A stretch of 64,000 nt of DNA, taken from Octopus vulgaris (Eukaryota). The notes under the pieces were generated by a model, which saw nothing but the letters and a program-made list of their open reading frames with translations, was not told the origin of the DNA and searched no databases. Location of the stretch: contig OX597838.1 in assembly GCA_951406725.2 (NCBI GenBank), positions 31,000,001 through 31,064,000 of the forward strand, in the 5' to 3' direction. The position numbers were made by a program, and so were the translations under genes. How positions within the stretch are numbered: position 1 is the stretch's first letter; every line of letters begins with the position of its first letter. Shown here in pieces: positions 13,206-31,275 of this stretch.

Positions 13206-13378
13206 GTATGCATGCCTGCCGTTGTGTGTGTGTGCGTGTGTATGTATGTGTGTCTATTTAGAACAACCTATCTCGATTCCTCGACTTGGTTTCGTTTGTA
13301 TGCTGGAATCGATTGATTTATCTGGCATCTCAGATGTACTCTTGTGAAACAAGTCAATGACAAAACGCTCCACTTTCA
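12140..13378. repeat. Copy 1 of a local duplication (copy 2 at 16730-17174), containing an internal tandem array of about 160-200-bp GT-rich units (12540-13260)
   Basis: Block 12140-12300 resembles 16730-16880; block 13250-13378 is nearly identical to 17049-17174; unit gtctatttagaactgtgtgtatttatgcctacggttgaagg recurs. Confidence 0.85.
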
Positions 13379-13629
13379 GCGCGCCCGCGCACCTTTGTAT
13401 ATGTGTAGGAGTGTATGTGTTAGTGTATTTCTCTGTGTGTGTGTGTGTGAGTCTGTGTTAACGCCCGTTAGTAATTAATGCAACACAAATACACACACAC
13501 ACACATACATATGCAGGCAAAGCAAAGAAAGAAAACAAAAAACATGAAGGTAATTATAGACATACATACGAACGTGCGCATGTATGTATGTATGTATGTA
13601 TGTAAATATTATAAACAAGTCAGAAACAG

Positions 13630-14477
<848 letters not shown>

Positions 14478-14549
14478 ATGTTTCTTTATTAGCCACACAG
14501 GGCTGCACACAGATAGAACAAGTTACAAGGTAGAGCTTTTCTTTTGAAT

Positions 14550-14586
<37 letters not shown>

Positions 14587-15608
14587 GGGGGAGTTTCGAT
14601 CAAAAGGGATCGTAAAAGGAGAGAAGGAGGACAAAAAAAGGGGGGTTAAAAAAAGGGGGAGAGGAAGAAAAAAAAAAAAAAAAAAAAAAATTGATCAATA
14701 GGGATCGTTATCACAGAAATGTCAATATGAAGTGTAAAGGGGAGGACAGGTGAGGTTTACCCGTGGAAAGAAAAGCCTACGGAAAAGACCACGGTAACCT
14801 CGGTCAATGAAGTCACATTTTATATTTCTTTTTTTTTTTTTTTTTTTTTTGCAAATAAGCAACTCTCTGTTTTCGATTTCTGGGTTCATAGGACTATGCT
14901 CAAGGTGGCTTCGTCATTCATACGTGCCATTCTTGCTACATTCACCCATCTTTTTTAAAACATTCGCTAGACAAAACTTGCCTCTCTACTCTCACTTTCC
15001 TTTTCAAGTGGTACTTGAAGAAGTTGATGAGAGATTGACCAGAGAGGAAAGTGTTTGTCTCCAATCCTTTCAGACGCGTCCACCAGATACATTCTTTCGC
15101 CATAGCCACAAGGATGATGAAAATAGCTCTTCCTTCCCGTTTGAAGGAAGGAGGCGTGACAATATTGACGATAGACTCAGCTGATAAACCGACTCGTCCC
15201 ACACGTGACAGCAGTTGTTCGACATAAGCCCACAGGTCGGAAATTGTTGGACACTGAACGAGTGCGTGCAGAACGGTTTCGTCGCTCTGACCGCATCTCG
15301 GGCAGGTCGGCCCCGTGTTTCTCGAGCCGTGTCTGTAGAGCTTCTCCCGAACGGGTAGCGCTTCTCGGTAGCACTGCCAGGCCAGGGATCTCTGGAAGTT
15401 GTCCATGGGCCCTGGCCCGAAAGTCGTCCTGAACAGGCGGGTCAGGTACTCCTCGTCGACGTCCAGGTTCGCCCCGAGCTCGTCGTCGTACCTCCCCTCC
15501 ACTAAACCCCTATAGAATGCTTTGGTTGTGTTGAAGTCACTTAAGGTCGACCCAGGACGGCAGAGTTGCTTGAGAGCAACGCGACACTCGCGGTGCCATT
15601 CGCCCTTC
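14478..15608 (-). mobile_element. 5'-truncated Tx1/L1-clade LINE (ORF2 C-terminus with zf-RVT zinc finger plus 3'UTR)
   Basis: ORF 14942-15608: LAWQCYREALPVREKL...CPRCGQSDETVLHALVQC...W (CCHC); T-rich 3'UTR, AATAAA; (GATA)n on both flanks. Confidence 0.85.
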
Positions 15609-15691
<83 letters not shown>

Positions 15692-15809
15692 CCAATTCAT
15701 GTACGTATGAAAACCTGTTTAATGAGAATATATACCATATTCTGTGTATAGCATAAACTTCATACACAGCTGTATGCAAAATTGCTTTACAAACATAAGA
15801 ACATATTTA

Positions 15810-15852
<43 letters not shown>

Positions 15853-16729
15853 ATACATACATGTACAGGCGTATGGAGATCTGTGTATATATATATTTGA
15901 ATTAGATGCAATGTCGATTTAATTATCAAGGTGAATGAACGGGTGTATATTGTTGATTATATATCGTTAATACAAACAAATCAATGATACGGTTTTGGGT
16001 TTCTTAGATTTCAATCGGTCGCGAACCCGCAACAGCCTTGTACACTCATGCACTTTAAATGAATATCATAAACATTTCTGCTCATTTAATCCCAGGCCAA
16101 GTCTATTTATTCGAGCAGGCTTATTTGCGGAAGGCATACCAAAAATGACCAACCTGTCTTAGATAGAGTCTCATTAAATAAATACCGGATTACATAAGGA
16201 CTGGGTCCTGGTTATTCTTTAAAATAAAATAAAAAGCAAGATAGTTAAATTATTAATATTTAAGGGATATTTCGCTGCTATTTCTAGGAGGTCGAGGAGC
16301 CACGTAGAAACAGTCTTCAACTGGTTGTGTGCGCTAAGCGGTTACTGATCCTTAAGCTAGGCCTGATCAGGCGGACACGAAGATATTCCAGCCGTGACTA
16401 GCCCAACACTTTGGTATATCTAGGTCAGTATGGCGTGATTTCAGAGAATTTAACCGTTATTTATAGCAGATCGGCACGACTATATAGAACAGATATGGGG
16501 AGTCTCTGAACTCACGGGGAACATTTTTCCCCCACGATATTATCTGAAACATGACAAGGTCCCGAAAACATAATTCTTATGTAAGACCTCTCCAATAGAA
16601 AAAAAAATTTAATTGAAAGAAAAACTATATTCCTTAAAAACAAAATATCAATTAATTATAAGAATTAAATTCGAAAATTGAATTTATTAATCATTTTTCT
16701 CAAGGTACATGTGGAAGGTTTCCGCCCCT

Positions 16730-17174
16730 GAAAATTCCCTCGGGGCCTTGGAGGTCGTTCACCTTTATTACGACCTGTAGCACGGAGCAGCGCCCGCAGA
16801 TGGTTTTGCGTTTACCTGTTAAAGAGGTCTGATGTGAAGAACTTGACAATTAAATCGAAGAATTCAGTAGCAACTGACATTATTATCATTATTATTATTA
16901 TTATTATCATTAGTGACTGTGTGTATGTGAGAGAAAGAGAGAGAGTTCTTGAGATAACGTGCTTCTGTACGAGCAAGTGAGCGTGCGTCTGTGAATGTGT
17001 GTGTGAGTGTGTATGCATGCCTGCCGTTGCGTGTGTGTGTATGTGTGTGTCTATTTAGAACAACCTATCTCGATTCCTCGACTTGGTTTCGTTTGTATGC
17101 TGGAATCGATTGATTTATCTGGCATCTCAGATGTACTCTTGTGAAACAAGTCAATGACAAAACGCCCCACTTTC
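16730..17174. repeat. Copy 2 of the local duplication
   Basis: See 12140-13378. Confidence 0.85.
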
Positions 17175-17240
17175 TCTTCCCAGGCTCTCTCTCTCTCTCT
17201 CTGATAGTACCTACTAGTAATGATGCATTGCATACAGATG

Positions 17241-17293
<53 letters not shown>

Positions 17294-17563
17294 ATATACA
17301 GAGAGAGAGAAATGGATAGATAGATGGATTTTTTTCTGTTGTTTCATTCATTTGACTGCGGCCGTGCTGGAGCACCGCCGTTTTCTAGTCGAAGAAAACC
17401 CCCACGACTTAGTCTTTATAAGCCTAGTACTTATGCTATCGGTCGTATTTGCCGAACCGCTACGTTATGGGAGGACGTAAACACGCCGACCATTGGTTGT
17501 CAAGCGATGTTGTGTGGTGGGGTGAGGGGAACAAACACACACACACATATATAATTTTTAAGA

Positions 17564-17669
17564 ATATTATCGACAGTGACTTCCAAGTTTTGGCCAGCTA
17601 AGCCCTCGTCGGACTGCTTTTCGACGAGGGCTTGGCTGGCCGATACTTCGAAGTCACTGTCAATAATAT
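17564..17669. repeat. Palindrome of two degenerate hammerhead-like motifs
   Basis: Inverted repeat; arms read cagt-c(c)gacga-g-ggc...gcc-ga(t)-acttcgaagt-c-actg. Confidence 0.65.
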
Positions 17670-18379
17670 ATCTCGTTAATAATAAATTTACACTCTACCA
17701 AGTGTATTGAGTAAGTCTTCAATTTAATGTAAAACTGTTATTATTATAACATAGAAACAAACACATATGTGTATGTGTGTATATATCTATATATATATAT
17801 ATATACACACACACATACAAGTGTGTATGTGGTTGTCGACAATGTAAATAAACCTAGAAAGGATCTTTTACATTCCCCCCAATTTACAAACGCATCATCT
17901 TTCTACATAAATGACCGCTAAAACTAATTAAACCGAGTTCATTTACCATTTTATGGTATATTTTATAGACATAAAAAACAGCATACCTTTGGATTTATGC
18001 GGACACTCGGGATTTCCACACGTGTAGTGTAATTAAGGCACTGTGAACTAACGAGGGAATCTGATTAGTAAGACTAATTAAACGAACTTAATTACTATTT
18101 TTATCGTACAAGTTATATAGAATAAAACACCTTCGTTGGCAATTTATGTTGATATTCAGGGATTCTAGCAGGTAGCTCTTAATGTGGTCCATCCTGTTTT
18201 CTAACAGAAGTCTTGTTGTTTACGTACGTCTTCGACAAATTTACTATATATATATTTATATATATGCGTATATAATACAGCTAAATCCCAAAAAGAACTC
18301 GAAAAAAAATTTAAAAAAACAACGCGAGGACGTGGTACATGTAAAGTATTAGCAGATGCTCAGGGAAGAAAGGAAGATG

Positions 18380-18415
18380 GTTTAACGTTTCGAGCAGACG
18401 CTCTTCTTCGGAAAC
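18380..18415 (-). ncRNA. Minimal HHR-like motif (U4C variant) in Penelope-like remnant at about 18290-18480
   Basis: rc: gttt-CCGAAGA-a-gagc-gtct-gctc-GAA-ACGT-T-aaac. Confidence 0.55.
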
Positions 18416-18506
18416 AGAGGAAAAGTCCAATAGAAGGGAGGACGAAGGAAGAAAATTGCCAACAATTCACATGTAGTTACATTTTGAAAAAAAATTATAT
18501 ATATAT

Positions 18507-18543
<37 letters not shown>

Positions 18544-18547
18544 GTGC

Positions 18548-18589
<42 letters not shown>

Positions 18590-18654
18590 TATGTACATAC
18601 GGTTGATTTCGTGAATACAAAGAAACCTCAAAATATTACTTGGTACCTTTTTAG

Positions 18655-18715
18655 ACATCGGTCGGACGCGAACTCGGAACGGAGTCAACAAACACCTGTA
18701 GTATTGCCGGATACT
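18655..18715 (+). other. Candidate small exon
   Basis: cctttttAG acceptor and GTAAG donor around unique, GC-richer sequence; no recognisable protein. Confidence 0.2.
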
Positions 18716-19835
18716 GTAAGCGTCGTGCTGTTGTTTAACCGTAGGTCAGTCCTAATAAAGTAGACCTATAGTGGAACACAGTCCAGGCATGACCACCCCC
18801 GTCGTATTCAGACAAGTAATTATTATTATTATTATTATTACCCCAGTCTTATATCATCAAATGTGTCCTGGCTGCTACTTCTAGGAGCTCGAGCGACCAC
18901 GTAGAGTCATCTTCGATTATTTGGCTGCATCAGTGTTACTCCTTATTGTTGTTGTTAGTCTGGAGTCATTCCTAGCCGAAGGTATTCCAGCTATGACAAT
19001 CCCCCCAAATTTTTTTTCCGGACATAAACTATTTCCATGACTACGATTATCCAACGTAGAGGTTGGCGGTCATTCGGCTGCTATTTCTAGCATAGTCAGT
19101 GACCACACTGACGCAAACTCATCACAGACATTCCTTCTTGGCTTCCATCTATGGCGCTCTTAATGGTTCTTTTTCATTAAACAGAGAAACCTGTTGTGGT
19201 TTCTCTTTAGCTCCAGGTCTGTTCTTATCAGATCTATAATCAATGGCGTCCCAGCTATGACCACTCCCTTTTTATTTTACATTTTTTTTTCAATCAGGTG
19301 TTCACAGACAGTAAGAGGTCGTGTGTAATGACTTTTATAAAGATTTGGCGGCTGTTTCTAGCACGTCCAGCGACCACGTAAACGTTTCATCCCTTTGTTG
19401 GGTCTGTGAATAGAGCAACTTAACTCCCGAATCGAAACCCGATCGCCGGGTTAACAAGCCGGTAGCTTCGCGTACTTGTTGTTCGGAGTTAACAAATAAA
19501 TAAAAAGAAGCAAAACGAATTTGAATTAATGAACAATGAGGTCAAGATCCGGAATGGAAGAGGAAAAACTTGGCGTAGGCCGACGTCAGCAAAAGTTGAT
19601 TCATGAAAAATTCTCAGAAATGAAAAAAAATATCGAATTTATAAACTTTTTTTTAAACGAATATATTTAACTACGGAAGACAAATCTGGGTACAATGTGT
19701 GTATGTATGTGCGCGCGTGTATATATATATATACATATATATATATACATATACTTTATTTTAAGCAGCAGAAAATTCAACAAAATCTGTTACTCTGAGT
19801 TTCTCGTTGCCGTTCATCAGACAGTTTTTGCTAGA

Positions 19836-19915
<80 letters not shown>

Positions 19916-20046
19916 GAATATATAGATGTATGTATGAATTTGTGAATGCATGTATGTGTGTATATATATTATACAAATATATATATAGGATCTTTTCGGA
20001 TCCTATATATATATATATATATGAATATTTGTATGTGTATATACAA

Positions 20047-20099
<53 letters not shown>

Positions 20100-20398
20100 A
20101 ATATTTTGTGTGTTTATATACAGATGTGTATTACATATATATATATATATGTATGTATGTAAGTATTTTGTGCGTGTGTGTAGTTTTAGTGTTTGGGATG
20201 ACTAGGTCACTGACTCCAGTGGATTAACCGATCATCTTCGACTTCATCATTAATACTTATCGATCACTAATTTGTCGGACAGCTAGCTTACGGGACCTAA
20301 CCCACCAGAAAACACACACACATCATCTTATAACATGTATATATATATAACGGAGCAGCGTAAGTAAATATGTACTGTTAACCGCATTGTAACCAAGG

Positions 20399-20445
<47 letters not shown>

Positions 20446-20732
20446 AGAGACACTTACAGAAGTTCCGAGAAATAGATTCGATCCCGGAGCCACGTGGTTG
20501 TAGCGAGGCGACTTTCTTAACCACACAGCTATGACCACACACACACACATATATACAAACATACACAAACATATATATATACGAACACAACCAGATATTA
20601 GCCTTGAAACCGAGTAGTGTTTGCACACGCATGTATATATATGAAGGCAGAAAATGATGAATTTTACATACAGCATAAGATGTTTAAACTGGTTGCATGT
20701 CTCTACATGTGCATATCGATATATACATACAT

Positions 20733-20779
<47 letters not shown>

Positions 20780-21124
20780 TACACACTTTGAATGCCTGCC
20801 AGATAGAGACACACATACATATATATATATATAGAAAGAAAGATAGCAATGTGTACATAGATATTTGTATAGGCATGTATATTATATATATACACAATCA
20901 TTAGCAGATATTACGAGAAAGAAATATTATATGCTGCATTACACGATTAACCAAATAATACGCAGTGGTTACATGTCACTGCATGTATATACCAACATGT
21001 ATACATGTAGACTCATGTATGTATACACGAGAATATGTACAATATATTAATATAAACACATATACGTGCACAACTATATATACACATTCACTCCCAAATA
21101 TATATAAAGATCTTTAAAAATAAT

Positions 21125-21129
<5 letters not shown>

Positions 21130-21161
<32 letters not shown>

Positions 21162-21322
21162 CACTTAAGTATAAACACTCATATAATATATATATATATA
21201 TATACACACACACATATAAGTATAAACACTCACAATATATATATATAAACACACACATATAAGTATAAACACTCACATAATATATATATAAACACACACA
21301 TATAAGTATAAACACTCACATA

Positions 21323-21353
<31 letters not shown>

Positions 21354-21491
21354 AACACTCACATAATATATATATATACACACACATATAAGTATAAACA
21401 CTCACATAATATATATATATACACACACATATAAGTATAAACACTCACATAATATATATATATACACACACATATAAGTATAAACACTCAC

Positions 21492-21530
<39 letters not shown>
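21130..21530. repeat. Minisatellite of about 40 bp (cacacatataagtataaacactcacataatatatatata), about 9-10 copies
   Basis: Direct reading. Confidence 0.9.
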
Positions 21531-21533
<3 letters not shown>

Positions 21534-21630
21534 CTTATACGCATAAATATTTAATATATATATATATATATACTCAGACACTTATACATATATGTAAATA
21601 TTACTCAATAAATGAATACACACACGCACA

Positions 21631-21662
<32 letters not shown>

Positions 21663-21706
21663 ATGTGTGTGTGTGAATGTGTGTGTAATAATCAAAGTAC
21701 CGCTTA

Positions 21707-21738
<32 letters not shown>

Positions 21739-21876
21739 CCTACATCCACAACACTCACCGTGCAAGAGCTACTCCAGTTTCACACATGTAAGTTATTTAT
21801 AAATTAAAAATCTGAAAGTATCAACAGTGTGTGGACATGTTTAAACCATACAGAATTTCTACATACGTGTTTGCGC

Positions 21877-21921
<45 letters not shown>

Positions 21922-22039
21922 AGTGTCTTGAACAAATGCATGATAATAATAATACATGAATGTTAAAAAATAAAATGCACGCGTGTATTTTACAATAATG
22001 TTCTGGAGAGAATAAAAGTGATTTATATATAGACAGTTG

Positions 22040-22141
22040 TGTATATAAAATATTTATATATATTTAACAGCAGCTTCTACCATGAACATATATATATTTT
22101 TTTCAAATTATACATACGTACACATACATGTGAGTATAAAT

Positions 22142-22206
<65 letters not shown>

Positions 22207-22320
22207 TTATATACATTTAACAGCTTCTACCATGAACATATATATATTTTTTTCAAATTATACATACGTACACATACATGTGAGTATAAATACACACACA
22301 CACATATATATATATATTCT
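22040..22320. repeat. Direct tandem duplication of about 155 bp
   Basis: tttaacagcttctaccatgaac...gtgagtataaatacacac occurs twice. Confidence 0.9.
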
Positions 22321-22384
22321 ACGAAGGTTGAGAAAAATATACAAAACAATCAAGTGAAATTTATTATTATTATTATTATTATTA

Positions 22385-22419
<35 letters not shown>

Positions 22420-22853
22420 GATGATGATAGGCGACAAAGCACCTGTCCGACTAATTAGTCTTTATATTTATTTATTTGATCTTTTTCCTCTTTACAATTA
22501 CATTTACATGGCGAGTTCGAATCCCCGAGGTGTTGGCCTTTGCCTTTTAATCCTGTTCCTGTGTTAACATAAAACTGTGACTGTGTTTATTATGTATGTG
22601 TTTGTAGGAGAATGGGTTATCCTGGTTTCATACACATCGATGGTCTCAAAGCACCGTTAGCTATCATAAACACCATCTTCACCCGTTTACATGAAAAGTA
22701 TGTTAGTCAGCGCTTAACTATGTTTCCTTCGTAACGAAGTCGTCCCCAAGTAAACCCCCCCACATACACACACACTCCACACTCATTCTCCAACCAATAA
22801 TAATAATAATAACAATAATAATGATAACAATAATAATGTTATTAATATTTCAG

Positions 22854-23014
22854 ATTCTCCACTCCCGGTTTCTGATTTACATACACCCATGCCGGTGAGA
22901 CATCATCAAGCAAACCAATGATGATTAGAAGACATTCATGCTGTGACAATTCCATTATTACAGGTCTCCTATTATTTCTCCCAGACATGCCCCTACTCCG
23001 CTCCAATTCTAACG
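22854..23014 (+). other. Candidate exon (UTR/lncRNA or first coding exon)
   Basis: atatttCAG acceptor, ACG|GTATGT donor; unique sequence; stops in all three frames upstream of a short ATG-initiated frame (MMIRRHSCC...). Confidence 0.25.
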
Positions 23015-24043
23015 GTATGTACAATGTTATAGATATGATTAAAAACGAAATTTAGCTACTATTTCTAGCCGGTTGGTGGCTGTTGTTGTTCGACTCGTAG
23101 TCGACCTTAAATCAAATAGAGACCACCCATGAATGGCTCTCCAGTCGAGACGTATTCACATCTTTATTAGGAAATACTTAAAGACTGCCTTCACTCCATA
23201 ACGTGTCTTCTTATTCAAAAAGATCGTATGGTGCGGTGCGGTGGTGTTACTAAAGGGAAATTTGGTTGTTATTTTTAGCCGATCGAACCACCACGTTGAG
23301 AGAAAAGACAGACAGGTTTTTTCCTCGGTGGCTCCACATTCGACATTTTCAGGAGAAACGAAGATAAACAGACGAAATTCTGTGGTACACATGCCTGCCT
23401 TAAGGACACAAACAACACCAATAATGATAACAATCGAGTCTAATACAAGCAGAAGGGTAGACGGAGGGGGAAGGGAGTAATCGATAATATATCGATCTGT
23501 GTATATATATCGGGGTTATATTTTTATCGTGTCCTCAAGTTATGTTAATACAAAATGAATTAAAGCAAGTATTGTGAGATACATGTAGTATGTAAATCAT
23601 AATAAATAAATAAGGAAACGATATAGTTGGTTATATGGACCGTAGCGTATAACTGGTACTTTGTGTTATTAAGTACCGATGGGGTAAAAAGCAAAGCTGA
23701 GATCGACGGAAATTGAACTTGGAACGTAGAGTGTCGTAAGTAAATAAATAAATAAAGACAGCAAGGAGAGGTTTGTTTGTCCGACACTCTAGTCCGTTGT
23801 GCCAATCATATTCTAACAGCCCCTTCCATCGATCGCATCGATTAATCGATAACCTATCAGTCAAGTAAACCTCTCCTTCTATCTTTTATCGGTTATTTAT
23901 TTTTATCAATTCCCCGAAAAGAATTTAAAAAGACCAACAACAAAAAAATATTTAAAAAATTAAAATAAAATAAAATAAAAAAGCACGCCGTCGCACCAAC
24001 CTCACTCAACACCTCGGCGTGGATTCGAACTCTCAACGTGAAG

Positions 24044-24085
<42 letters not shown>

Positions 24086-24324
24086 CAAAATACCAAAGGG
24101 CGTCCTGACCGATGTACTGCAAACCTCCCGCCTCGCCCCCCACCCCCGACCGACATCAACATCATAATAATAATAATAATAATAATAATAAATGATAATA
24201 ATAATAATGATAATAATAATAATGATAATAATAATAATAATAATTTTAACAATTTTAGAAGAAAATTAAAAAAAACTATGGTACGGAAAAAGACGAAAAT
24301 ATAGACAAAAAGTGTATATACATG

Positions 24325-24383
<59 letters not shown>

Positions 24384-24467
24384 ATACAGAAAGATAATAT
24401 AAATGAAAGAAAATTAACCTGTGTATATTATGTGTGTATATATATAAATATATAGTCAATATATATC

Positions 24468-24537
<70 letters not shown>

Positions 24538-24679
24538 TATGATATCGATAGGGAGATACAAGATAGGTTAGCATCCAATTGTGGTGGTATTCATGTGGAG
24601 TGAGATCTGGGGTTCCATATCGGTGCGTCGACCAATTCCAGAATGGTAAACACTGTCACTATTACAAAACTACACTAAA

Positions 24680-27960
<3,281 letters not shown>

Positions 27961-28018
27961 TTCAAGTGTTAACATTAGGATGACGCTCAGAGAAGGGAAG
28001 AAAATAAGAAAGAATAAT

Positions 28019-28055
28019 AGTATAACGTTTCGGATTTAGTCCTTCGTCAGATACT
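28019..28055 (-). ncRNA. Type I minimal hammerhead ribozyme motif
   Basis: rc: agtat-CTGACGA-a-gga-ctaaa-tcc-GAA-ACGT-T-atact. Confidence 0.7.
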
Positions 28056-28390
28056 TGGAGAACGTACACGAGAGACTACGAAGAGAATGAAGAAATGGAA
28101 GGAGATAAAAAAAAGACAAGAGAGCCAGGAAAAATATACGCGAGTCCGCAGGTTTGCACGCGCATGTATACATACATTCATACACACACACGCACTCACA
28201 CACATATGTATATACAAACACGCACACATGCATATTACATACATGTGTGTGTGACATTGTATATCAACCATTTTTATCTTTTAATGTTTTGTATATGTAT
28301 GTACGTATGTATGTATGTTTGTATGGATATACGTATGTATGCTTGTATGTATGTATGCATGTATGTATATATATAAAAAATACAAGATGG

Positions 28391-28803
28391 GGATCTTTTC
28401 GGTTTGAACGGCAGTTCTTTTAGCGGTGTCATATGAAATTGTCACCCATAATTATGACCCTAGTATCGATCTATTGCATTTCAATCTGTTTTAAGGTTAG
28501 GGGTGGGGGAAGGGTATCTTTTTTTCTTCACAAATGTAAATAAACCCAATCTGTTTCTTAAACGAGGGACATATTCATACGGCACAGAATGCTTTTTTAA
28601 CTCAATAGACGTCACTGATTGGTTGAAATTGCAGAAATTGAAGAAAAAACAACAACAAATATCTTACAAACTATAGAATTTTCTCAATAAAGCCAAGAGA
28701 AAAAGATGTTTCATAAACACATTCTGCCAGTATACGAAGTTTAAAAGTGTTTAGTTACGTGGAAATTATTTTTTAAAAACTGCCGTTCAAACCGAAAAGA
28801 TCC
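28391..28803. mobile_element. MITE with GG-terminal TIRs of about 25 bp (8-bp TSD class; Merlin/P/hAT-like)
   Basis: ggatcttttcggtttgaacggcagtt...aactgccgttcaaaccgaaaagatcc; second copy at 62665-63467. Confidence 0.85.
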
Positions 28804-29198
28804 CCAAATGGTACAAGAACGCAAAACATCCGGACAACTAATTGATACAAAAATGAACAACAAAACATCCAGATAGACGATACAAAACAAAAAAACACGA
28901 ACGGGCCATTCGAAGCTTTCTATCATCAGTCAAGAACCGGATCATCCTCGCAATTTCGGCTGAATAATCTTGAGATTGCTCCAATCTGGCCAGCCCCAAG
29001 GGAAAAACTAAGCTAAGAGCATTAGATTCCTTCGAAGAAAGTATCGAATGTATACGAAAACAAGGACGGAAAAACGAACGGTGTTACACGAATGTAAATG
29101 CAAAATACAATAAAAATATGTATTTACGTATGTAATTAAAAAGGTGGGTGACGCAGGGAGATAATGTATATATTTACAGGAAGAACAAAGAGTTAACA

Positions 29199-29450
29199 TC
29201 ATCATCATCATCATTGTTCGACCGTGGTCGAGACAATGGAATTTACTATGCTACGCCAGACTTCACGGTCCATCATGGTATTACGGAGGTCCTGTTGCTG
29301 GATGCCTGTATCTCTGGAGATTACATCAGGGTAGGAGAGTGTGCGCCCTCTGGTACTGCGAGTAGATGGCTTCCAGAGAAGAAGAGTAGAAATTATCTCT
29401 TTTTCAGCTCTACAACAATGTCCAGCAAACTGGACTCTCCTACCTTTCAC
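29199..29450 (-). mobile_element. 5'-truncated RTE-clade LINE
   Basis: RRVQFAGHCCR...LLLWKP...RGR...DREVWRSIV*, (TGA)n tail, TSD aagagttaaca (29188-29198 / 29451-29461). Confidence 0.9.
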
Positions 29451-30128
29451 AAGAGTTAACACAAACGACAGCAAATATGCTGCCCTATCAGTTATTGGCC
29501 AAATATCATTGCAATTTCGACACTATTCAACCAATATTTTTCAGTTTACCAGCGTCAGTAAGGACAGAAAAAAGATTTATGGAAATGACAGTTAGAGGGG
29601 AGGGAAAAAAACCCATCAGTACAGAGAACAGTGAGAACTAATTTTGAAGATTTATTATTTATATGATAACTATATATTGATTAGCTAATGAATAAGTGGT
29701 TCGTGATGTTTGTACTTAAACCCCTGGAAACAGCTGTCGAACGTAATAGCGAAGTTTCGAAATGTCAGTGAGAACTTTGTTTTGTATTCTTTGGAATATT
29801 TTGTTCAAGACATTCCTTTTTTAGCCAAGTTTAACTCTGTTGTCATTCCTGCTGTGGTTGTTGGATTGAAAGTCAGAATATATTGAAATTTAATGACATG
29901 TTGAAGAAAGGAACTCTTCAGAAATCCATTGCTTATATTTTCATTGCGCATAAAAGTTAATCACACATACACACACATACACACAGTATCGAAACTGCAA
30001 TGATATTTGGCCAATAACTGATAGGGCAGCATATTTGCTGTCGTTTATGTTAACTCTTTGTTCGTCTTGTAAATATGTACGTCATCTCCCTGCGTCACCC
30101 TCCTTTTTAATTACATACGTAAATACAT

Positions 30129-30533
30129 ACTCTTTTACTCTTTTACTTGTTTCAGTCATTTGACTGCGGCCATGCTGGGGCACCGCCTTTAATCGAGCAA
30201 CTCGACCCTGGGACTTTATTCTTTGTAAGCCAAGTACTTATTCTTTCGGTCTCTTTTGCCGAACCGCTAAGTGACGGGGACATAAACACACCAGCATCGG
30301 TTGTCAAGCGATGTTGGATTGGACAAATACAGACACACAAACATATACACACATACATATATATATACATATATACGACGGGCTTCTTTCAGTTTCCGTC
30401 TACCAAATCCACTCACAAGGCTTTGGTCGGCCCAAGGCTATAGTAGAAGACACTTGCCCAAGGTGCCACGCAGTGGGACTGAACCCAGAACCATGTAGTT
30501 GGTAAACAAGCTACTTGCCACACAGCCACTCCT
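30129..30533 (-). mobile_element. SINE family A
   Basis: Near full-length match. Confidence 0.88.
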
Positions 30534-30815
30534 GATATTTTTTATTGTATTATGTATTTATATTTGTGCAACATCGTCTGTTTTTCCGTCCTTGTTTTCG
30601 TATACATTCGATACTTTCTTCCAAGGAATTTAATGCTCTTAGCTTAGTTTTTTTCCATAGGCTGGCCAGATTGGAGCAATCTCAAGATTAATCAGCCGAA
30701 ATTGCGAGGATGATCCGGTTCTTGACTGATGATAGAAAGCTTCGAATGACACACACACACATGTATGTATGTATGTATGTATGTATGTATGTATGTATGT
30801 ATGTATGTATGTATG

Positions 30816-30847
<32 letters not shown>

Positions 30848-31096
30848 TGTATGTATGTATGTATGTATGTATGTGTGCATGTATGTTGATGCAAACAGGA
30901 AAAATAGAACGCAAAATATGCGTATATATATATATATTAATATTTAGAAGTAACAGAGAGACGGAAAGTGCGAAAGTTTCGTGCGTTGGCACTTAACACA
31001 CGAAACTCTTGTAAATTGAGTCACTCTGTTACTTCTGCTTAATAAATATATATAGATATAGATATAAATGAAAAAATATATAGTAAATTCGCAAGA

Positions 31097-31230
31097 GCTT
31101 GCTTACCAACCACATGGTTCCGGGTTCAGTCACACTGCGTGGCATCTTGGGCAAGTGTCTTCTGCTATGGCCCCGGGCCAACCAATGCCTTGTGAGTGGA
31201 TTTGGTAGTCGGAAACTGAAAGAACTCCGT

Positions 31231-31275
<45 letters not shown>

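Larger units (their letters stand above)
16090..23300 (-). mobile_element. Dispersed old SINE-like family D copies (about 16090-16310, 16330-16490, 18100-18200, 18730-18910, 18950-19110, 19190-19385, 23040-23300)
   Basis: Recurring motifs attccagcyatgacca and atttggctgctatttctagc...gaccacgtag in the same orientation; strand assignment is inferred. Confidence 0.55.
28907..30748. repeat. Long inverted repeat (arms 28907-29524 and 29985-30748), each arm later interrupted by a different retroelement
   Basis: Arms are reverse complements once the RTE (29199-29450) and SINE (30129-30533) are removed; third partial copy at 58587-58720. Confidence 0.85.

Noticed and set aside
16772-16790. acctgtagcacgg resembling the miR-10/100 family 5' end
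   Set aside because: Match is limited to a few bases and no precursor hairpin is evident
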